Shown: piece by piece, positions 49,427 to 59,829 of the stretch
Layout: every line of letters starts with the position of its first letter
Numbering within the stretch: position 1 is the first letter of the stretch
Assembly (NCBI GenBank): GCA_965230295.1
Contig: OZ246001.1
Span: 544,001-608,000 of the forward strand
From: Marinicella sp.
GTDB lineage: Bacteria; Pseudomonadota; Gammaproteobacteria; Xanthomonadales; Marinicellaceae
Reading direction: 5' to 3'
DNA length: 64,000 bases
The notes under the pieces: model-generated
Database searches by the model: none
The model's input: only the letters and a program-made list of their open reading frames with translations
Told to the model about the DNA's origin: nothing
Translations under genes and position numbers: made by a program

Positions 49427-50347
49427 TTAATCCAGACTGAAATCAGGTTCCGGCATCTCCACTTTCACTGGAAAAGGATTGATCTTATTTTCCAATGCCT
49501 GGAAAAACACAGTGTCCATGTTGTTGGTGGTTGACAGTTCGAACAAAAAACCGGTGTACTGGGCTTCACCAGCGACTTGGAATTCGCTGTTTTCGAAATC
49601 CCCACCCGTGTGCAATTGCTTGACCCACTGCATGTCTTCAAAACGCATACTGTCATAATAAATATCATCTTCCACCTCGGCGAAAATGATCAATTCTTCA
49701 TCGGTCATCAGCACCCCACCGGTGCGCAATGAAAACAAACCATAGCTGTAGAAGAATTCAATTTCAGTATGCGGTTCAACCAAGTTCATTTCCTGCAATG
49801 TTTGGCGTTCCTGTTCAGTGATTTCGTGCTTTGATTTGACATGTTCAGCTGGGATCAACTCGAAATAAGACAAGGCCCCAAAGGCGAGGAACAGCCCGGC
49901 GATCAATGAGAGTGGAGTGAAAACCACCCACATCCAGCGTTTGGTCGGCTGGTGATTCGGATTCATTTGTTTCTTCAAAGCATGGTAATCAAACGTACCT
50001 TTGATACCCCGGCCAAAGAAAAACATAAAAAACAGGCCTATGGCCACCGCCCAAATTGAAGCGGTTTCCAAAAAAACCAGAGCTTGATTCAACAGCACGA
50101 ACACAAACATCGCCACCGCTGCCGCCCTGGAATATCGGGTCATCCCCCATATCAATAAGAACATAATCATCAATATAGCCACTGTCCACAGATCGAAGTG
50201 GGTACTGATCGGCGCATGATTGGTATCCGAAAGGTACGATATAAAGACCCTGCCTAAATTGATACCAAACAGGATCATACCCATGATGACACCCGCCCTG
50301 ATGTTATTGATGGCCAATTCTTGTTCGTATTTTTGATGATCTTCCAT
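49427..50347 (-). CDS. Hypothetical membrane protein
   Basis: 306-aa ORF with ~5 TMs and a soluble C-terminal domain. Confidence 0.7.
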   Translation of the reverse strand: MEDHQKYEQELAINNIRAGVIMGMILFGINLGRVFISYLSDTNHAPISTHFDLWTVAILMIMFLLIWGMTRYSRAAAVAMFVFVLLNQALVFLETASIWAVAIGLFFMFFFGRGIKGTFDYHALKKQMNPNHQPTKRWMWVVFTPLSLIAGLFLAFGALSYFELIPAEHVKSKHEITEQERQTLQEMNLVEPHTEIEFFYSYGLFSLRTGGVLMTDEELIIFAEVEDDIYYDSMRFEDMQWVKQLHTGGDFENSEFQVAGEAQYTGFLFELSTTNNMDTVFFQALENKINPFPVKVEMPEPDFSLD

Positions 50348-50513
50348 GATGATATTCCTACAACCTGTGATCGGCTATTGTAGCTGAATACCGCAGTCGG
50401 AACAACGTTCTGATTGGTGAGTATCCTGTGGCTATGTTGGGCAAAACCAATCAATCACATAGCCTTCCACTGCGGCTCGCCTTAGATTACAATGTGGATT
50501 CGAACCAAAGGAG

Positions 50514-51089
50514 ATGCGCATGGAAAAAACGGACCCTAAACTCATCATTTTACTGCTGTTGGTCATTGCTGGATACTTCATCAGCCAGGCCATGAACCCG
50601 CACAAAAAATACAGCACCCAAGCCTATTGGGAAAACGCCACGTTAGCAGATGTGGCTGATATACCTGATGAGGCACTGGCCGCAGGTAATGACAACGGCC
50701 CTGTTTTGATGTGGGCTGCCACAACCACAAAAGACCCGGCCATCATTGATGCATTGGTTGCCAGAGGTGCTGCCATCAATGAGGTGGATGGTAGTTTTCT
50801 TGGAACCCCTTTATCAGGTGCCGCCAGTCACAACAGCAGCACAGCTGTGATCGACGCATTGCTGGCCCATGGTGCCGACTTACATGCTTTATTGTTGCAT
50901 GACAACAGCATCCTCCAAGCCGCAGCCATGTACAATGAAAACCCAGGCATCACCTTGCATTTAATCAAGTTGGGAGCGGATGTAAATCACCGCAATGTGT
51001 ATGGACAAGATGTGATGGATTTAGCCATAGAAAAGGATAATCAAATGGCATTGGCAGACTTACATCAATGGTTACCGGAAACTGAATAA
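50514..51089 (+). CDS. Ankyrin-repeat protein with N-terminal TM
   Basis: LVARGAAIN, GTPLSGAA, LLAHGADL, LIKLGADVN. Confidence 0.85.
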   Translation: MRMEKTDPKLIILLLLVIAGYFISQAMNPHKKYSTQAYWENATLADVADIPDEALAAGNDNGPVLMWAATTTKDPAIIDALVARGAAINEVDGSFLGTPLSGAASHNSSTAVIDALLAHGADLHALLLHDNSILQAAAMYNENPGITLHLIKLGADVNHRNVYGQDVMDLAIEKDNQMALADLHQWLPETE

Positions 51090-51111
51090 CTGGTGATCAG
51101 TAGAGTAACTG

Positions 51112-51711
51112 TCAGCCATTTCCAACCAATTCGCATTTGGCCGCCATTGCTTCTGGATTGACCATGCCCTGGATAAGGAAAAAAAATGTCACCATACAAA
51201 CCAAAAATGCGAAACCCAATGCAACCGATAATCCCATAAATAATTTGGCTTTCCGAAGGGCAGCTGCACCCGATATCACTTTCTGTGGCTTCCAAACCTT
51301 TTGTCCAGGTAATGGATACTGTTCATGACGCAATACCTTTTGCCAATAGACCCATTGAAAAGCCATACCCCCTAAAAACAACAACAGCATCAATAAAACC
51401 ATACCTAAGATGGACCCATACCAATGCAAGATGCCCCATGTTTCACCACAAAGAAAAGAAGGGGCTTTGGTTAAGTTGATGATATATTGAAAGCCGATAA
51501 TCAATGGGATGGCCCAACCGGCATGTTTGCCCATCATCGTTAGCTTTTCACGCCAAGTATACTCAGGCGCCCAGCTTTGTTGTTGGTCTTTGGGGTCCTC
51601 CTTCGACTTTAACCAGTTTTTTTTGGGTGTTTTGATCACAACAACGATGGCCAAAGTCAATGCAGCCAGTGCAATGGCCCATGATATGATTTGTTCAGTA
51701 TTCATCAGCAA
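51112..51711 (-). CDS. Hypothetical membrane protein
   Basis: ~4 TMs; QYPLPGQKV motif. Confidence 0.65.
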   Translation of the reverse strand: MLMNTEQIISWAIALAALTLAIVVVIKTPKKNWLKSKEDPKDQQQSWAPEYTWREKLTMMGKHAGWAIPLIIGFQYIINLTKAPSFLCGETWGILHWYGSILGMVLLMLLLFLGGMAFQWVYWQKVLRHEQYPLPGQKVWKPQKVISGAAALRKAKLFMGLSVALGFAFLVCMVTFFFLIQGMVNPEAMAAKCELVGNG

Positions 51712-51717
51712 CCAAAC

Positions 51718-52746
51718 TTAAACGATCAACATGGCATCACCATAGCTGAAAAAGCGGTATCGTTCATTGATGGCATGCTGATAGGCATTCAAAATTGACT
51801 CGCGCCCTGCCAATGCTGACACCAACATCACCAAGGTGGATTCAGGCAGGTGAAAGTTGGTAATCAAACCATCTATACAATTGAAGGTGAAACCTGGGTA
51901 AATGAAGATTTGGGTGTCTCCCAAATAGGGTTGAATTGAACCACTGGATGAGGCCGTTTCCAAGCACCTGACTGCGGTTGTTCCTACCGCAATGACTCGT
52001 TTGCCTGCAGACTGAGTGGCTTTCACCCTATCACACACTTGTTGATCAACTGACAACCATTCTTTGTGCATTTGATGCTGGGTTAAATCATCAACTTTGA
52101 CAGGTTGAAAGGTTCCTGCGCCCACATGTAACGTCACAAAAGCTGTCTTAATGCCTTTGGCATCGATGGCTCGCAGCAATTCTTCATCAAAATGCAACCC
52201 TGCAGTGGGTGCCGCCACGGCACCAGCTTGACCTTCATCGGCATAAACGGTTTGATAACGATCATCGTCTTGCTGCTCAGCTTCTCGCGTGATGTAAGGA
52301 GGCAACGGCATATGACCATAGGCATCCATCAATTCAGGCAAACTCAAATCTGTTGTTGTTTCAACCAAGTAGAACATGCCTTTTTTGGCACTGACCACCA
52401 GCTGAGACTGGCCATTGAACTCAATCAAAGTGCCCATTTTTACCGGTTTATTGGATTTCAATAAGGCCTTGGCTTGGTGAGCATTGAGCATGCGCTCAAT
52501 AAACACTTCAATCTTGCCACCAGTGGGCTTATTCGCCAATAATCTGGCAGGGATCACCTTGGTGTTATTGAACACCAACAAATCACCAGGTTCAAGTTCG
52601 GTCAAAATATCTGTGAACTGAAGGTCATTGGTGGCCCCTGAATGCCTATCCAGTTTCAATAATCGAGAGTGGCTACGTTCGGCCAGGGGGTGTTGTGCGA
52701 TCAGGGAATCAGGTAACTGAAAATTAAAATCAGCTTTGTTTAACAT
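51718..52746 (-). CDS. queA: S-adenosylmethionine:tRNA ribosyltransferase-isomerase
   Basis: GHMPLPPYI, YQTVYA, AAPTAGLHF, LHVGAGTF, TNFHLP, YRFFSYGDAM. Confidence 0.97.
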   Translation of the reverse strand: MLNKADFNFQLPDSLIAQHPLAERSHSRLLKLDRHSGATNDLQFTDILTELEPGDLLVFNNTKVIPARLLANKPTGGKIEVFIERMLNAHQAKALLKSNKPVKMGTLIEFNGQSQLVVSAKKGMFYLVETTTDLSLPELMDAYGHMPLPPYITREAEQQDDDRYQTVYADEGQAGAVAAPTAGLHFDEELLRAIDAKGIKTAFVTLHVGAGTFQPVKVDDLTQHQMHKEWLSVDQQVCDRVKATQSAGKRVIAVGTTAVRCLETASSSGSIQPYLGDTQIFIYPGFTFNCIDGLITNFHLPESTLVMLVSALAGRESILNAYQHAINERYRFFSYGDAMLIV

Positions 52747-52756
52747 AAGCCCAGTC

Positions 52757-53188
52757 TCATTGTTTTTTTACTGGAAAATCCAAATGTTGAATCAATTCTT
52801 CACCACTTTGATTTTGATAGATCAAACAAATCCTGACCTCATCGCCCACTTGAATGGTTCGTTGTGGCATCATCAGCATGATGTGCAAACCACCCGGTTC
52901 CATCACGATTGTAGATTGAGCGTTCAATGCAAGCTGTTTTTGTTCGCGCATACGAAACATCCCATCCACTTCAACTGTTTTGTGAATTTCAGCCATACCA
53001 AAATCAGGTGCATAAGCACCAACCAGATTCAGGTTTTCAGCGGTTTGGTTGTCCAGAGTGACATAGGCTGCCATCATCTTGGCATTGGGTGGTGCGGCCC
53101 TTAACCACATCTCATTGGCACCAGGAAGTTCTGTTGAATAACTGATCTGACTGCCAAGCAGCAGCATGGTAATGATGAAAATTTTCAT
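52757..53188 (-). CDS. Periplasmic copper chaperone PCu(A)C
   Basis: Signal peptide; AEIH..GMxRM..PGGLHIMLM. Confidence 0.9.
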   Translation of the reverse strand: MKIFIITMLLLGSQISYSTELPGANEMWLRAAPPNAKMMAAYVTLDNQTAENLNLVGAYAPDFGMAEIHKTVEVDGMFRMREQKQLALNAQSTIVMEPGGLHIMLMMPQRTIQVGDEVRICLIYQNQSGEELIQHLDFPVKKQ

Positions 53189-54516
53189 AATGTTTGTGCC
53201 ATTTGAGCCAGTTGTTCCGCATGTTCTTGTGCCAATTGTGGATTTTTGGCTTCCACCATCACTCGCAATTTCGGTTCAGTTCCAGAAGGTCTGATCAAGA
53301 CCCTGCCCTCATCACCCAATAACTGGTTAACCTGACTGGCCTGTTCTGTCAGTTGCGGGTTGACTGCCAATTCTTTCGGTTTTTCTGTCTGAACATTGAT
53401 CATGACTTGTGGGTACATGTCCATTTCTGCCGCCAGTTCTTTTAATGACTGTCCTGTTTCCATGATAACTTCCAGCACCATCAAAGCACTGATGATGCCA
53501 TCACCTGTGCCGGCTAATTTTAAATTCAATATATGACCAGATGATTCGCCACCCAAAATCCAGTCACGCTTGCTTAATTCTTGATGGACATACCGGTCGC
53601 CCACATCGGCCCGGACAAACGGTATTCCCAATTGATTCAATCCAGCTTCCATTCCCTGGTTAGACATCAGTGTACCCACCACACCACCATCAAGCTTATT
53701 ATGTTGGTGTAAATGTTTGGCCACCATGAAGATCAACTGATCACCATTCACTTCATTACCGGTGTGATCTACCATCACCACCCGGTCACCATCGCCATCT
53801 AAAGCCACACCCAGATCGGCTTTGGTTTCAATGACTTTCTCACTGAGGACCGAAACTTCGGTTGACCCACAGTCACGGTTGATGTTGAAGCCATCAGGCT
53901 GATTGCCCATTACAGTAATGTCAGCGCCTAATTCCTCAAACACCTGAGGTGCGATGTGATAACTGGCCCCATTGGCACAATCCAATACAATTTTCTTGCC
54001 TGCCAGCAACTGCCGGTTTGCAGCCCTTTTACAAAACTCAATATAACGTCCAGCCACATCATCCAAACGTTTGGCTTTGCCCAAATGTGCCGATTCAACC
54101 ATCTGCATCGGCTGATCCAATAAAGCTTCAATGGCCAACTCTTGCTCATCATTGAGTTTCTGGCCATTTTGATTGAAAAATTTAATGCCGTTATCAAAAT
54201 AAGGGTTGTGTGAAGCACTGATCACAATGCCTGCGCTGGCATGCAAGGTTTTGGTCAACCAAGCCACAGCCGGGGTTGGCATGGGGCCGAATAGAATGAT
54301 ATTGACACCTGCTGATGACAATCCGGCTTCCAAAGCCGATTCCAACATGTAGCCTGATACCCGGGTGTCTTTACCAATGACTATGGTGTTGTTGGGCATG
54401 GATTCGCCCAGAACTTTACCAGCAGCATAGCCCAAACGAAGCGCAAATTCGGCCGTCATCACTGCCCCGCCCACTTTGCCCCGAATACCGTCTGTGCCAA
54501 AATATTTTTTACTCAT
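53185..54516 (-). CDS. glmM: Phosphoglucosamine mutase
   Basis: YFGTDGIRG, ISASHNP, DGDGDR, GGESSGH, RPSGTEP. Confidence 0.97.
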   Translation of the reverse strand: MSKKYFGTDGIRGKVGGAVMTAEFALRLGYAAGKVLGESMPNNTIVIGKDTRVSGYMLESALEAGLSSAGVNIILFGPMPTPAVAWLTKTLHASAGIVISASHNPYFDNGIKFFNQNGQKLNDEQELAIEALLDQPMQMVESAHLGKAKRLDDVAGRYIEFCKRAANRQLLAGKKIVLDCANGASYHIAPQVFEELGADITVMGNQPDGFNINRDCGSTEVSVLSEKVIETKADLGVALDGDGDRVVMVDHTGNEVNGDQLIFMVAKHLHQHNKLDGGVVGTLMSNQGMEAGLNQLGIPFVRADVGDRYVHQELSKRDWILGGESSGHILNLKLAGTGDGIISALMVLEVIMETGQSLKELAAEMDMYPQVMINVQTEKPKELAVNPQLTEQASQVNQLLGDEGRVLIRPSGTEPKLRVMVEAKNPQLAQEHAEQLAQMAQTL

Positions 54517-55318
54517 GTGCCATTTCTCCAATCAAAGCCTGGCTGGTTTTCAACACATCTACTGTCGCAGCCACATCATGTACCCGAAAATAATCTGCAC
54601 CTTGTAAATAAGCAAATTGCGCAACCGCCAATGAGCCAGCCAAACGCTGATCAACTGGACGCTGCAACAAATCGCCAAACATCGATTTTCTGGACACACC
54701 CATTAATACCGGAAAACCCATTTGCTTTATGGTGGCTGTATTTTGAATCAATTGTAAGTTATGGTCCAGGGTTTTGCCAAACCCGATACCCGGATCCAGA
54801 ATGATTCGATCAGCGTCCATACCATAAGCCAAACAAGCTTCTACCCTGGCATCAAAAAAGTCCAACACCTGTTGTACCACATCATCGTATTCAGGGTTGT
54901 TCTGCATGTCTTGCGGTGTTCCTCGTTTATGCATCAAACAAACAAAAACATCATGCTTAACGGCCACTTCAACGGCGCCGTCTGCTTGTAAAGCATTGAC
55001 ATCATTGATCATGTTGGCACCGGCCATTACAGCGGCTTCCATCACCTCTGGCTTGCTGGTATCAATTGAAATGTTTTGCTTTGGAAACTTTGCCCTGATG
55101 GCTTTGATGACTGGTAGGACTCGATTCAGTTCGTCATCAACGGATACTTCTGCAGCCCCGGGTCGGGTTGATTCGCCACCCACGTCGATCCAGTCAACAC
55201 CTTCATTGACCATTTCTTCAACTTGCTGCATGGCCGCATTAATTTGATTGAATTTTCCACCATCTGAAAATGAATCGGGGGTCACATTCAGGACCCCCAT
55301 CACTTGAAAATCATTCAT
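54509..55318 (-). CDS. folP: Dihydropteroate synthase
   Basis: NVTPDSFSDGG, GGESTRPG, DPGIGFGK, SRKS, RVHDV. Confidence 0.97.
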   Translation of the reverse strand: MNDFQVMGVLNVTPDSFSDGGKFNQINAAMQQVEEMVNEGVDWIDVGGESTRPGAAEVSVDDELNRVLPVIKAIRAKFPKQNISIDTSKPEVMEAAVMAGANMINDVNALQADGAVEVAVKHDVFVCLMHKRGTPQDMQNNPEYDDVVQQVLDFFDARVEACLAYGMDADRIILDPGIGFGKTLDHNLQLIQNTATIKQMGFPVLMGVSRKSMFGDLLQRPVDQRLAGSLAVAQFAYLQGADYFRVHDVAATVDVLKTSQALIGEMAHE

Positions 55319-55324
55319 GATGAT

Positions 55325-57256
55325 TTATAACTCGGTTGCGGGACCACCGATGTTAGGTTGGCCATCATTGGACTTTTTGCCTTTCGAGTCATCATCGCTG
55401 TCATCAGGCAAATCATCCATGTCCCAACCTTCAGGTGGCGATGGATCTTTCCCTGCCATGATCTCTTTGATCTGACTGGCATCAATGGTTTCGTACTTCA
55501 TCAAAGCTTTGGCCATGATGTGTAAGATATCCATGTTTTCTTTGAGAATTTTTTCAGCTCGCGCATAATTGCGGTCAATCAACTCACGAATGGCCAGATC
55601 AATTTTCTCAGCAGTGGTGTCTGACATGTTCTTGTGTTGGGTGACTTGACGCCCCAGGAACACCTCACCTTCATCTTCAGAGTATGACAACGGGCCCATT
55701 TCAGACAAACCCCATTTGGTCACCATATTTTTCGCAATCTCAGTGGCCCGTTCAATGTCATTTGACGCGCCTGTGGTGACGGCATCTTCACCGCCAATGA
55801 TTTCTTCTGCAATGCGACCGCCATAAAGACTCGAAATCTGGCTCTCTAAAGCAGTCTTGCTGTAAGAATACTTGTCTTCTTCCGGTAAGAACATGGTCAC
55901 ACCCAATGCCCGTCCACGAGGAATGATGGTTACTTTGTAAACAGGATCATGTTCTGGCACTTTCAAACCCACAATGGCATGTCCGGCTTCGTGGTATGCC
56001 GTATTGAGTTTTTCTTCTTCTTTCATCACCATGGATTTGCGCTCAGCGCCCATCATGATCTTGTCTCTGGCCTTATCAAACATTTCCATGTTGATTTCAG
56101 TTTTGTCTTCCCTGGCTGCAAACAAGGCTGCCTCATTGACCAAGTTGGCCAAATCAGCACCGGAAAAACCAGGCGTGCCACGGGCAATCAATGAAGGGAT
56201 GACATCATCAGCCAGCGGTACTTTTTTCATGTGTACTTTTAATATGGCTTCACGGCCTAAAATGTCTGGTAGAGGCACCACCACTTGCCGATCGAAACGA
56301 CCTGGACGCAACAGAGCTGGATCTAATACATCGGGTCGATTGGTGGCCGCAATGACAATCACCCCTTCATTACCCTCAAAACCATCCATTTCGACCAATA
56401 ACTGGTTCAATGTTTGTTCACGCTCATCATGACCACCACCTAAACCGGCGCCACGCTGACGACCCACCGCATCTATCTCATCAATAAAGATGATACAAGG
56501 TGAATTCTTTTTGGCTTGTTCAAACATGTCACGAACCCGGGATGCGCCCACCCCGACAAACATTTCAACAAAGTCTGAACCTGAAATGGTGAAAAAAGGC
56601 ACTTTGGCTTCGCCTGCGATGGCCCGAGCCAACAAAGTTTTACCGGTACCAGGAGATCCCACCATCAGAATGCCGCGTGGGATGTGTCCACCGAGCTTTT
56701 GGAATTTGGTCGGATCACGCAGGAAATCCACCACTTCGGTGACTTCTTCTTTGGCCTCTTCGGCACCAGCCATATCAGCGAAAGTCACTTTGTTTTGTTC
56801 TTCGGTCATCAACTTGGCCTTGGATCGGCCAAAACTCATGGCACCACCTTTACCGCCGCCACCTTGCATTTGGCGCATGATCAGGAACCACAAGCCAATG
56901 AATAACAAGATGGGGAAAATGGTTTCAAAAATACGCCAACCCCAGCCTTCTTGTTGAGGTGCTTTGATGGCATATTTAACGTTGTTCAATAATAAATCAT
57001 CTTCCAAATGTGGGTCATCACCACCTTGAACGATGATTTTTTCACCACCTTTGGTGATGGCCACAATTTTACGATGAACAGAAGTTTCAGGGTCAATCAT
57101 CACTTCTTCGATTTGGTTACTTTGTACCATGTTGATGAATTCGGAGTAAACCACCTCACCCTGTTTTTGAGGTTGTTGGACCATGCTGCCGAAGACACTC
57201 ATCAGTACCATCAAAACCACAACCCATAATAAGATATTTTTTGCTATGTTATTCAA
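55325..57256 (-). CDS. ftsH: ATP-dependent zinc metalloprotease FtsH (TTG start)
   Basis: [21 protein letters not shown]. Confidence 0.98.
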   Translation of the reverse strand: MNNIAKNILLWVVVLMVLMSVFGSMVQQPQKQGEVVYSEFINMVQSNQIEEVMIDPETSVHRKIVAITKGGEKIIVQGGDDPHLEDDLLLNNVKYAIKAPQQEGWGWRIFETIFPILLFIGLWFLIMRQMQGGGGKGGAMSFGRSKAKLMTEEQNKVTFADMAGAEEAKEEVTEVVDFLRDPTKFQKLGGHIPRGILMVGSPGTGKTLLARAIAGEAKVPFFTISGSDFVEMFVGVGASRVRDMFEQAKKNSPCIIFIDEIDAVGRQRGAGLGGGHDEREQTLNQLLVEMDGFEGNEGVIVIAATNRPDVLDPALLRPGRFDRQVVVPLPDILGREAILKVHMKKVPLADDVIPSLIARGTPGFSGADLANLVNEAALFAAREDKTEINMEMFDKARDKIMMGAERKSMVMKEEEKLNTAYHEAGHAIVGLKVPEHDPVYKVTIIPRGRALGVTMFLPEEDKYSYSKTALESQISSLYGGRIAEEIIGGEDAVTTGASNDIERATEIAKNMVTKWGLSEMGPLSYSEDEGEVFLGRQVTQHKNMSDTTAEKIDLAIRELIDRNYARAEKILKENMDILHIMAKALMKYETIDASQIKEIMAGKDPSPPEGWDMDDLPDDSDDDSKGKKSNDGQPNIGGPATEL

Positions 57257-57283
57257 AATCAGCCTCTGCCTTTTTGTGTTTAT

Positions 57284-57901
57284 TTACTTAAATCCTGTGG
57301 CCACCGCAAACACTTCTCTGGATCGTGGGCGCGATGACTTGGGTTTATAAATCACAACTTTGTTAAACAACTGACGAATGTTTTGTATGTGTTGATCAAA
57401 ACCTTCACCCTGAAACAGTTTGACAACATGCGCACCGTTAGGTTGCAGTGCTTGCTGACAAAATTCCAATGCCATTTCGGCCAACAGCATACATCGCGGT
57501 TGATCCATGGCATTCATACCACTTAAATTGGGGGCCATATCTGATAATACAAGGTCTATTTTACGAGTTCCCAACAATTCTAAAAGTTGTTCATAAACCG
57601 CATCTTCTGTGAAATCGCCTTCGATAAAATGCACCCCTTCAATGGGTTCAATGGGCAACAAATCCAGCCCAATAATAAACTCAGTTTTGGGTGATTTGAT
57701 TTTGATCACCTGACACCAGCCGCCAGGTGCAGCGCCCAGATCAACCACTGCATTGAGGCCCTTCAACAAATCAAACTTTTCAGCAATTTCTTCCAACTTA
57801 TAGGCTGATCGCGCCCGGTAACCAGACTCTTGTGATTTTTTCACAAACTGATCATCAAAATGCTCTTTCAGCCATTGATTTGAACTCTTACTTCTGCCCA
57901 T
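57284..57901 (-). CDS. rlmE: 23S rRNA Um2552 methyltransferase
   Basis: YRARSAYKL, DLGAAPGGW, SDMAPN, SRxRSRE. Confidence 0.95.
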   Translation of the reverse strand: MGRSKSSNQWLKEHFDDQFVKKSQESGYRARSAYKLEEIAEKFDLLKGLNAVVDLGAAPGGWCQVIKIKSPKTEFIIGLDLLPIEPIEGVHFIEGDFTEDAVYEQLLELLGTRKIDLVLSDMAPNLSGMNAMDQPRCMLLAEMALEFCQQALQPNGAHVVKLFQGEGFDQHIQNIRQLFNKVVIYKPKSSRPRSREVFAVATGFK

Positions 57902-57975
57902 AGTTATTCACGTTTTTCTGTATTACGCATAGGAAAATGATAAAATGCGCCTTTAAATTAAAAGTGTATCACTGA

Positions 57976-58302
57976 ATGTCTAACAAAGCTGCAAATAAAT
58001 CTGCCAACCAACCACTGAGCAAGAACGCACTCAAGTTCCTCAGAGGCATAGCCCACGACACCAAACCAGTCCTGACCATAGCTGACAAAGGCATCACTGA
58101 AAACATCTTGCTTGAATTAGACATCTGTCTCAAGCAACATGAGTTGATCAAGATCAAAATGCGTGCAGATCGTGATACCAGACAACAATTCATTAAACAA
58201 TTGCTGGAAGAGTCAGGCGCTCATATGGTGCAATCCATTGGCCAAACTTTAACCATTTTCCGCACCAATCCCAAAAAGCCTGTATTCGAGTTACCTAAAT
58301 AA
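57976..58302 (+). CDS. yhbY: Ribosome assembly RNA-binding protein YhbY
   Basis: LRxxAHxxKPV, HELIKIK, VQxIG; divergent from rlmE. Confidence 0.9.
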   Translation: MSNKAANKSANQPLSKNALKFLRGIAHDTKPVLTIADKGITENILLELDICLKQHELIKIKMRADRDTRQQFIKQLLEESGAHMVQSIGQTLTIFRTNPKKPVFELPK

Positions 58303-58309
58303 ACCACTA

Positions 58310-58690
58310 TTGACCATGGATTTATCTGAAAACCGCAGCCAACACCCGAATTTGATTGTGTCAGCCAAGCCCCACCAGTGCACCATTGGCAATCAAACGT
58401 ACCAACACAGTATCATCATTCCTTCGAACGAAGCCGTCATCAAAACACCAGTAAAAACAACCCATCATTTAACATTGGAAGTCATGGAACAATTGTGTCA
58501 ATACGCACCTGAAGTGATCATCTTGGCAACCGGTGCTGAGATCGTCTTTCCGGATACTGATTTGCTGCATCCCTTGATCAAGCAAAACATCGGTCTTGAA
58601 GTCTTGAATAACCAAGCAGCTGCCAGGACATTCAATGTGTTGTTGGCTGAAAGTCGTCAAGCCGTTTGTTTGATGATGATAAACCGCTGA
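58310..58690 (+). CDS. Mth938-like (DUF498) protein
   Basis: PEVIILATG, IGLEV, AAARTFNVLxxExR. Confidence 0.85.
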   Translation: MTMDLSENRSQHPNLIVSAKPHQCTIGNQTYQHSIIIPSNEAVIKTPVKTTHHLTLEVMEQLCQYAPEVIILATGAEIVFPDTDLLHPLIKQNIGLEVLNNQAAARTFNVLLAESRQAVCLMMINR

Positions 58691-58693
58691 CCA

Positions 58694-58742
58694 TCCAGGC
58701 AAATTCTCCAGGCAAATTCTCCAGGCAAATTCTCCAGGCAAA
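58694..58742. repeat. 13-bp tandem repeat (TCCAGGCAAATTC) x~3.8
   Basis: Perfect copies at 58694, 58707, 58720; partial at 58733. Confidence 0.95.
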
Positions 58743-58769
58743 AAAATACCCTCATCAGAGGGCATTTTT
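58741..58769. terminator. Bidirectional terminator between the DUF498 and L36 genes
   Basis: AAAAAATACCCTC-ATCA-GAGGGCATTTTT. Confidence 0.75.
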
Positions 58770-58790
58770 AATATTCAGTCTCAAAGCGGT

Positions 58791-58916
58791 TTATCTTTGA
58801 CGTGCTTTCAATTTTGGATTTGATTTACAAATCACAAATACTTTACCACGGCGGCGAACCACTTTGCAGTCTCTAGAACGAGTCTTGGCTGATTTCAAAG
58901 ATGATAAAACTTTCAT
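58791..58916 (-). CDS. ykgO: 50S ribosomal protein L36, type B (not in ORF track)
   Basis: Manual translation [41 protein letters not shown]. Confidence 0.95.
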   Translation of the reverse strand: MKVLSSLKSAKTRSRDCKVVRRRGKVFVICKSNPKLKARQR

Positions 58917-59015
58917 AATTTACCGCTGATTTAAAAAGATTGGAAATTATACCCATCTACCACAAAACTGCAAACCCTTTTTAAGATTAATTGAGAATAT
59001 TTTCCAGCCACTAAA

Positions 59016-59747
59016 TTATGCTTCAGGTCGGGCATAAAGCTGTTCGGCACGTTGATAGAGCACCCAGGAAGTAAAAATATACTTGTCATTAGAGACGGGC
59101 ATATTCCCCCTGTGGGTATGGGTAAACCCGGCTGGTGCAATCACCAATGACCCTTGCTTCGGCTTGGTGACCAATTGTTGGTGGTAAAATTCTGTTTCAC
59201 CACCCTCCTCGACATCGTTTAAATAAAACATCCACAACAGTTTACGATGTAGGGCATCATTGGGCTGGTCATTCGGATGAGGGTAAATTTCAGAATGGTA
59301 GTAAAAATAACCACCTTCATTTTGCTTGTACTTTTGGATGTTGATTGAGCCCAAACGGAACACAGTTTGGATCAATCGCCCCAATGATTGGTCATTCAAT
59401 TTAGGGATGTCAACGTATGATATTTGTTCAACACCATCAGGTGTCTGAACTTGTAAGGCAATGGAGCCAACCAAAGAAAACGGGTACTTCCTGACATAGT
59501 GTATCAGACCTTGGAGCACCACATTTTGCAACTGTTCAATTTCCTGCTGCCACTCCTTTGAATGGGTGATGGTGATGTCAGAACTGTTTTTCTTGATCAA
59601 GTCAACGCCATGCCCTGTTCTACCTTTGTGACGCTCATTACTTTGTTCAAACTTTTGGATACATTGTTGACAAAACTCAGGGCTTAATGCCCCTTCATAA
59701 ATTTCTATAAATTGACTCAAATAAAATTCCGCTTTATAAAACCACAA
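59016..59747 (-). CDS. 2OG-Fe(II) oxygenase
   Basis: YYHSE, WMFYLNDVEEGGETEF, FTHTHRGN, KYIFTSW. Confidence 0.88.
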   Translation of the reverse strand: MWFYKAEFYLSQFIEIYEGALSPEFCQQCIQKFEQSNERHKGRTGHGVDLIKKNSSDITITHSKEWQQEIEQLQNVVLQGLIHYVRKYPFSLVGSIALQVQTPDGVEQISYVDIPKLNDQSLGRLIQTVFRLGSINIQKYKQNEGGYFYYHSEIYPHPNDQPNDALHRKLLWMFYLNDVEEGGETEFYHQQLVTKPKQGSLVIAPAGFTHTHRGNMPVSNDKYIFTSWVLYQRAEQLYARPEA

Positions 59748-59829
59748 GCATTATGAAAAATGTTGACTTGGGTTTCAAGCACTTTATTTATTGGCAATTA
59801 ACCCATGAACTTCAAACAAGCAATGTATT

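Noticed and set aside
59016-59747. 2OG-Fe(II) oxygenase as part of the TIGR03032 modification system
   Set aside because: About 30 kb away, with no linking evidence in this window.
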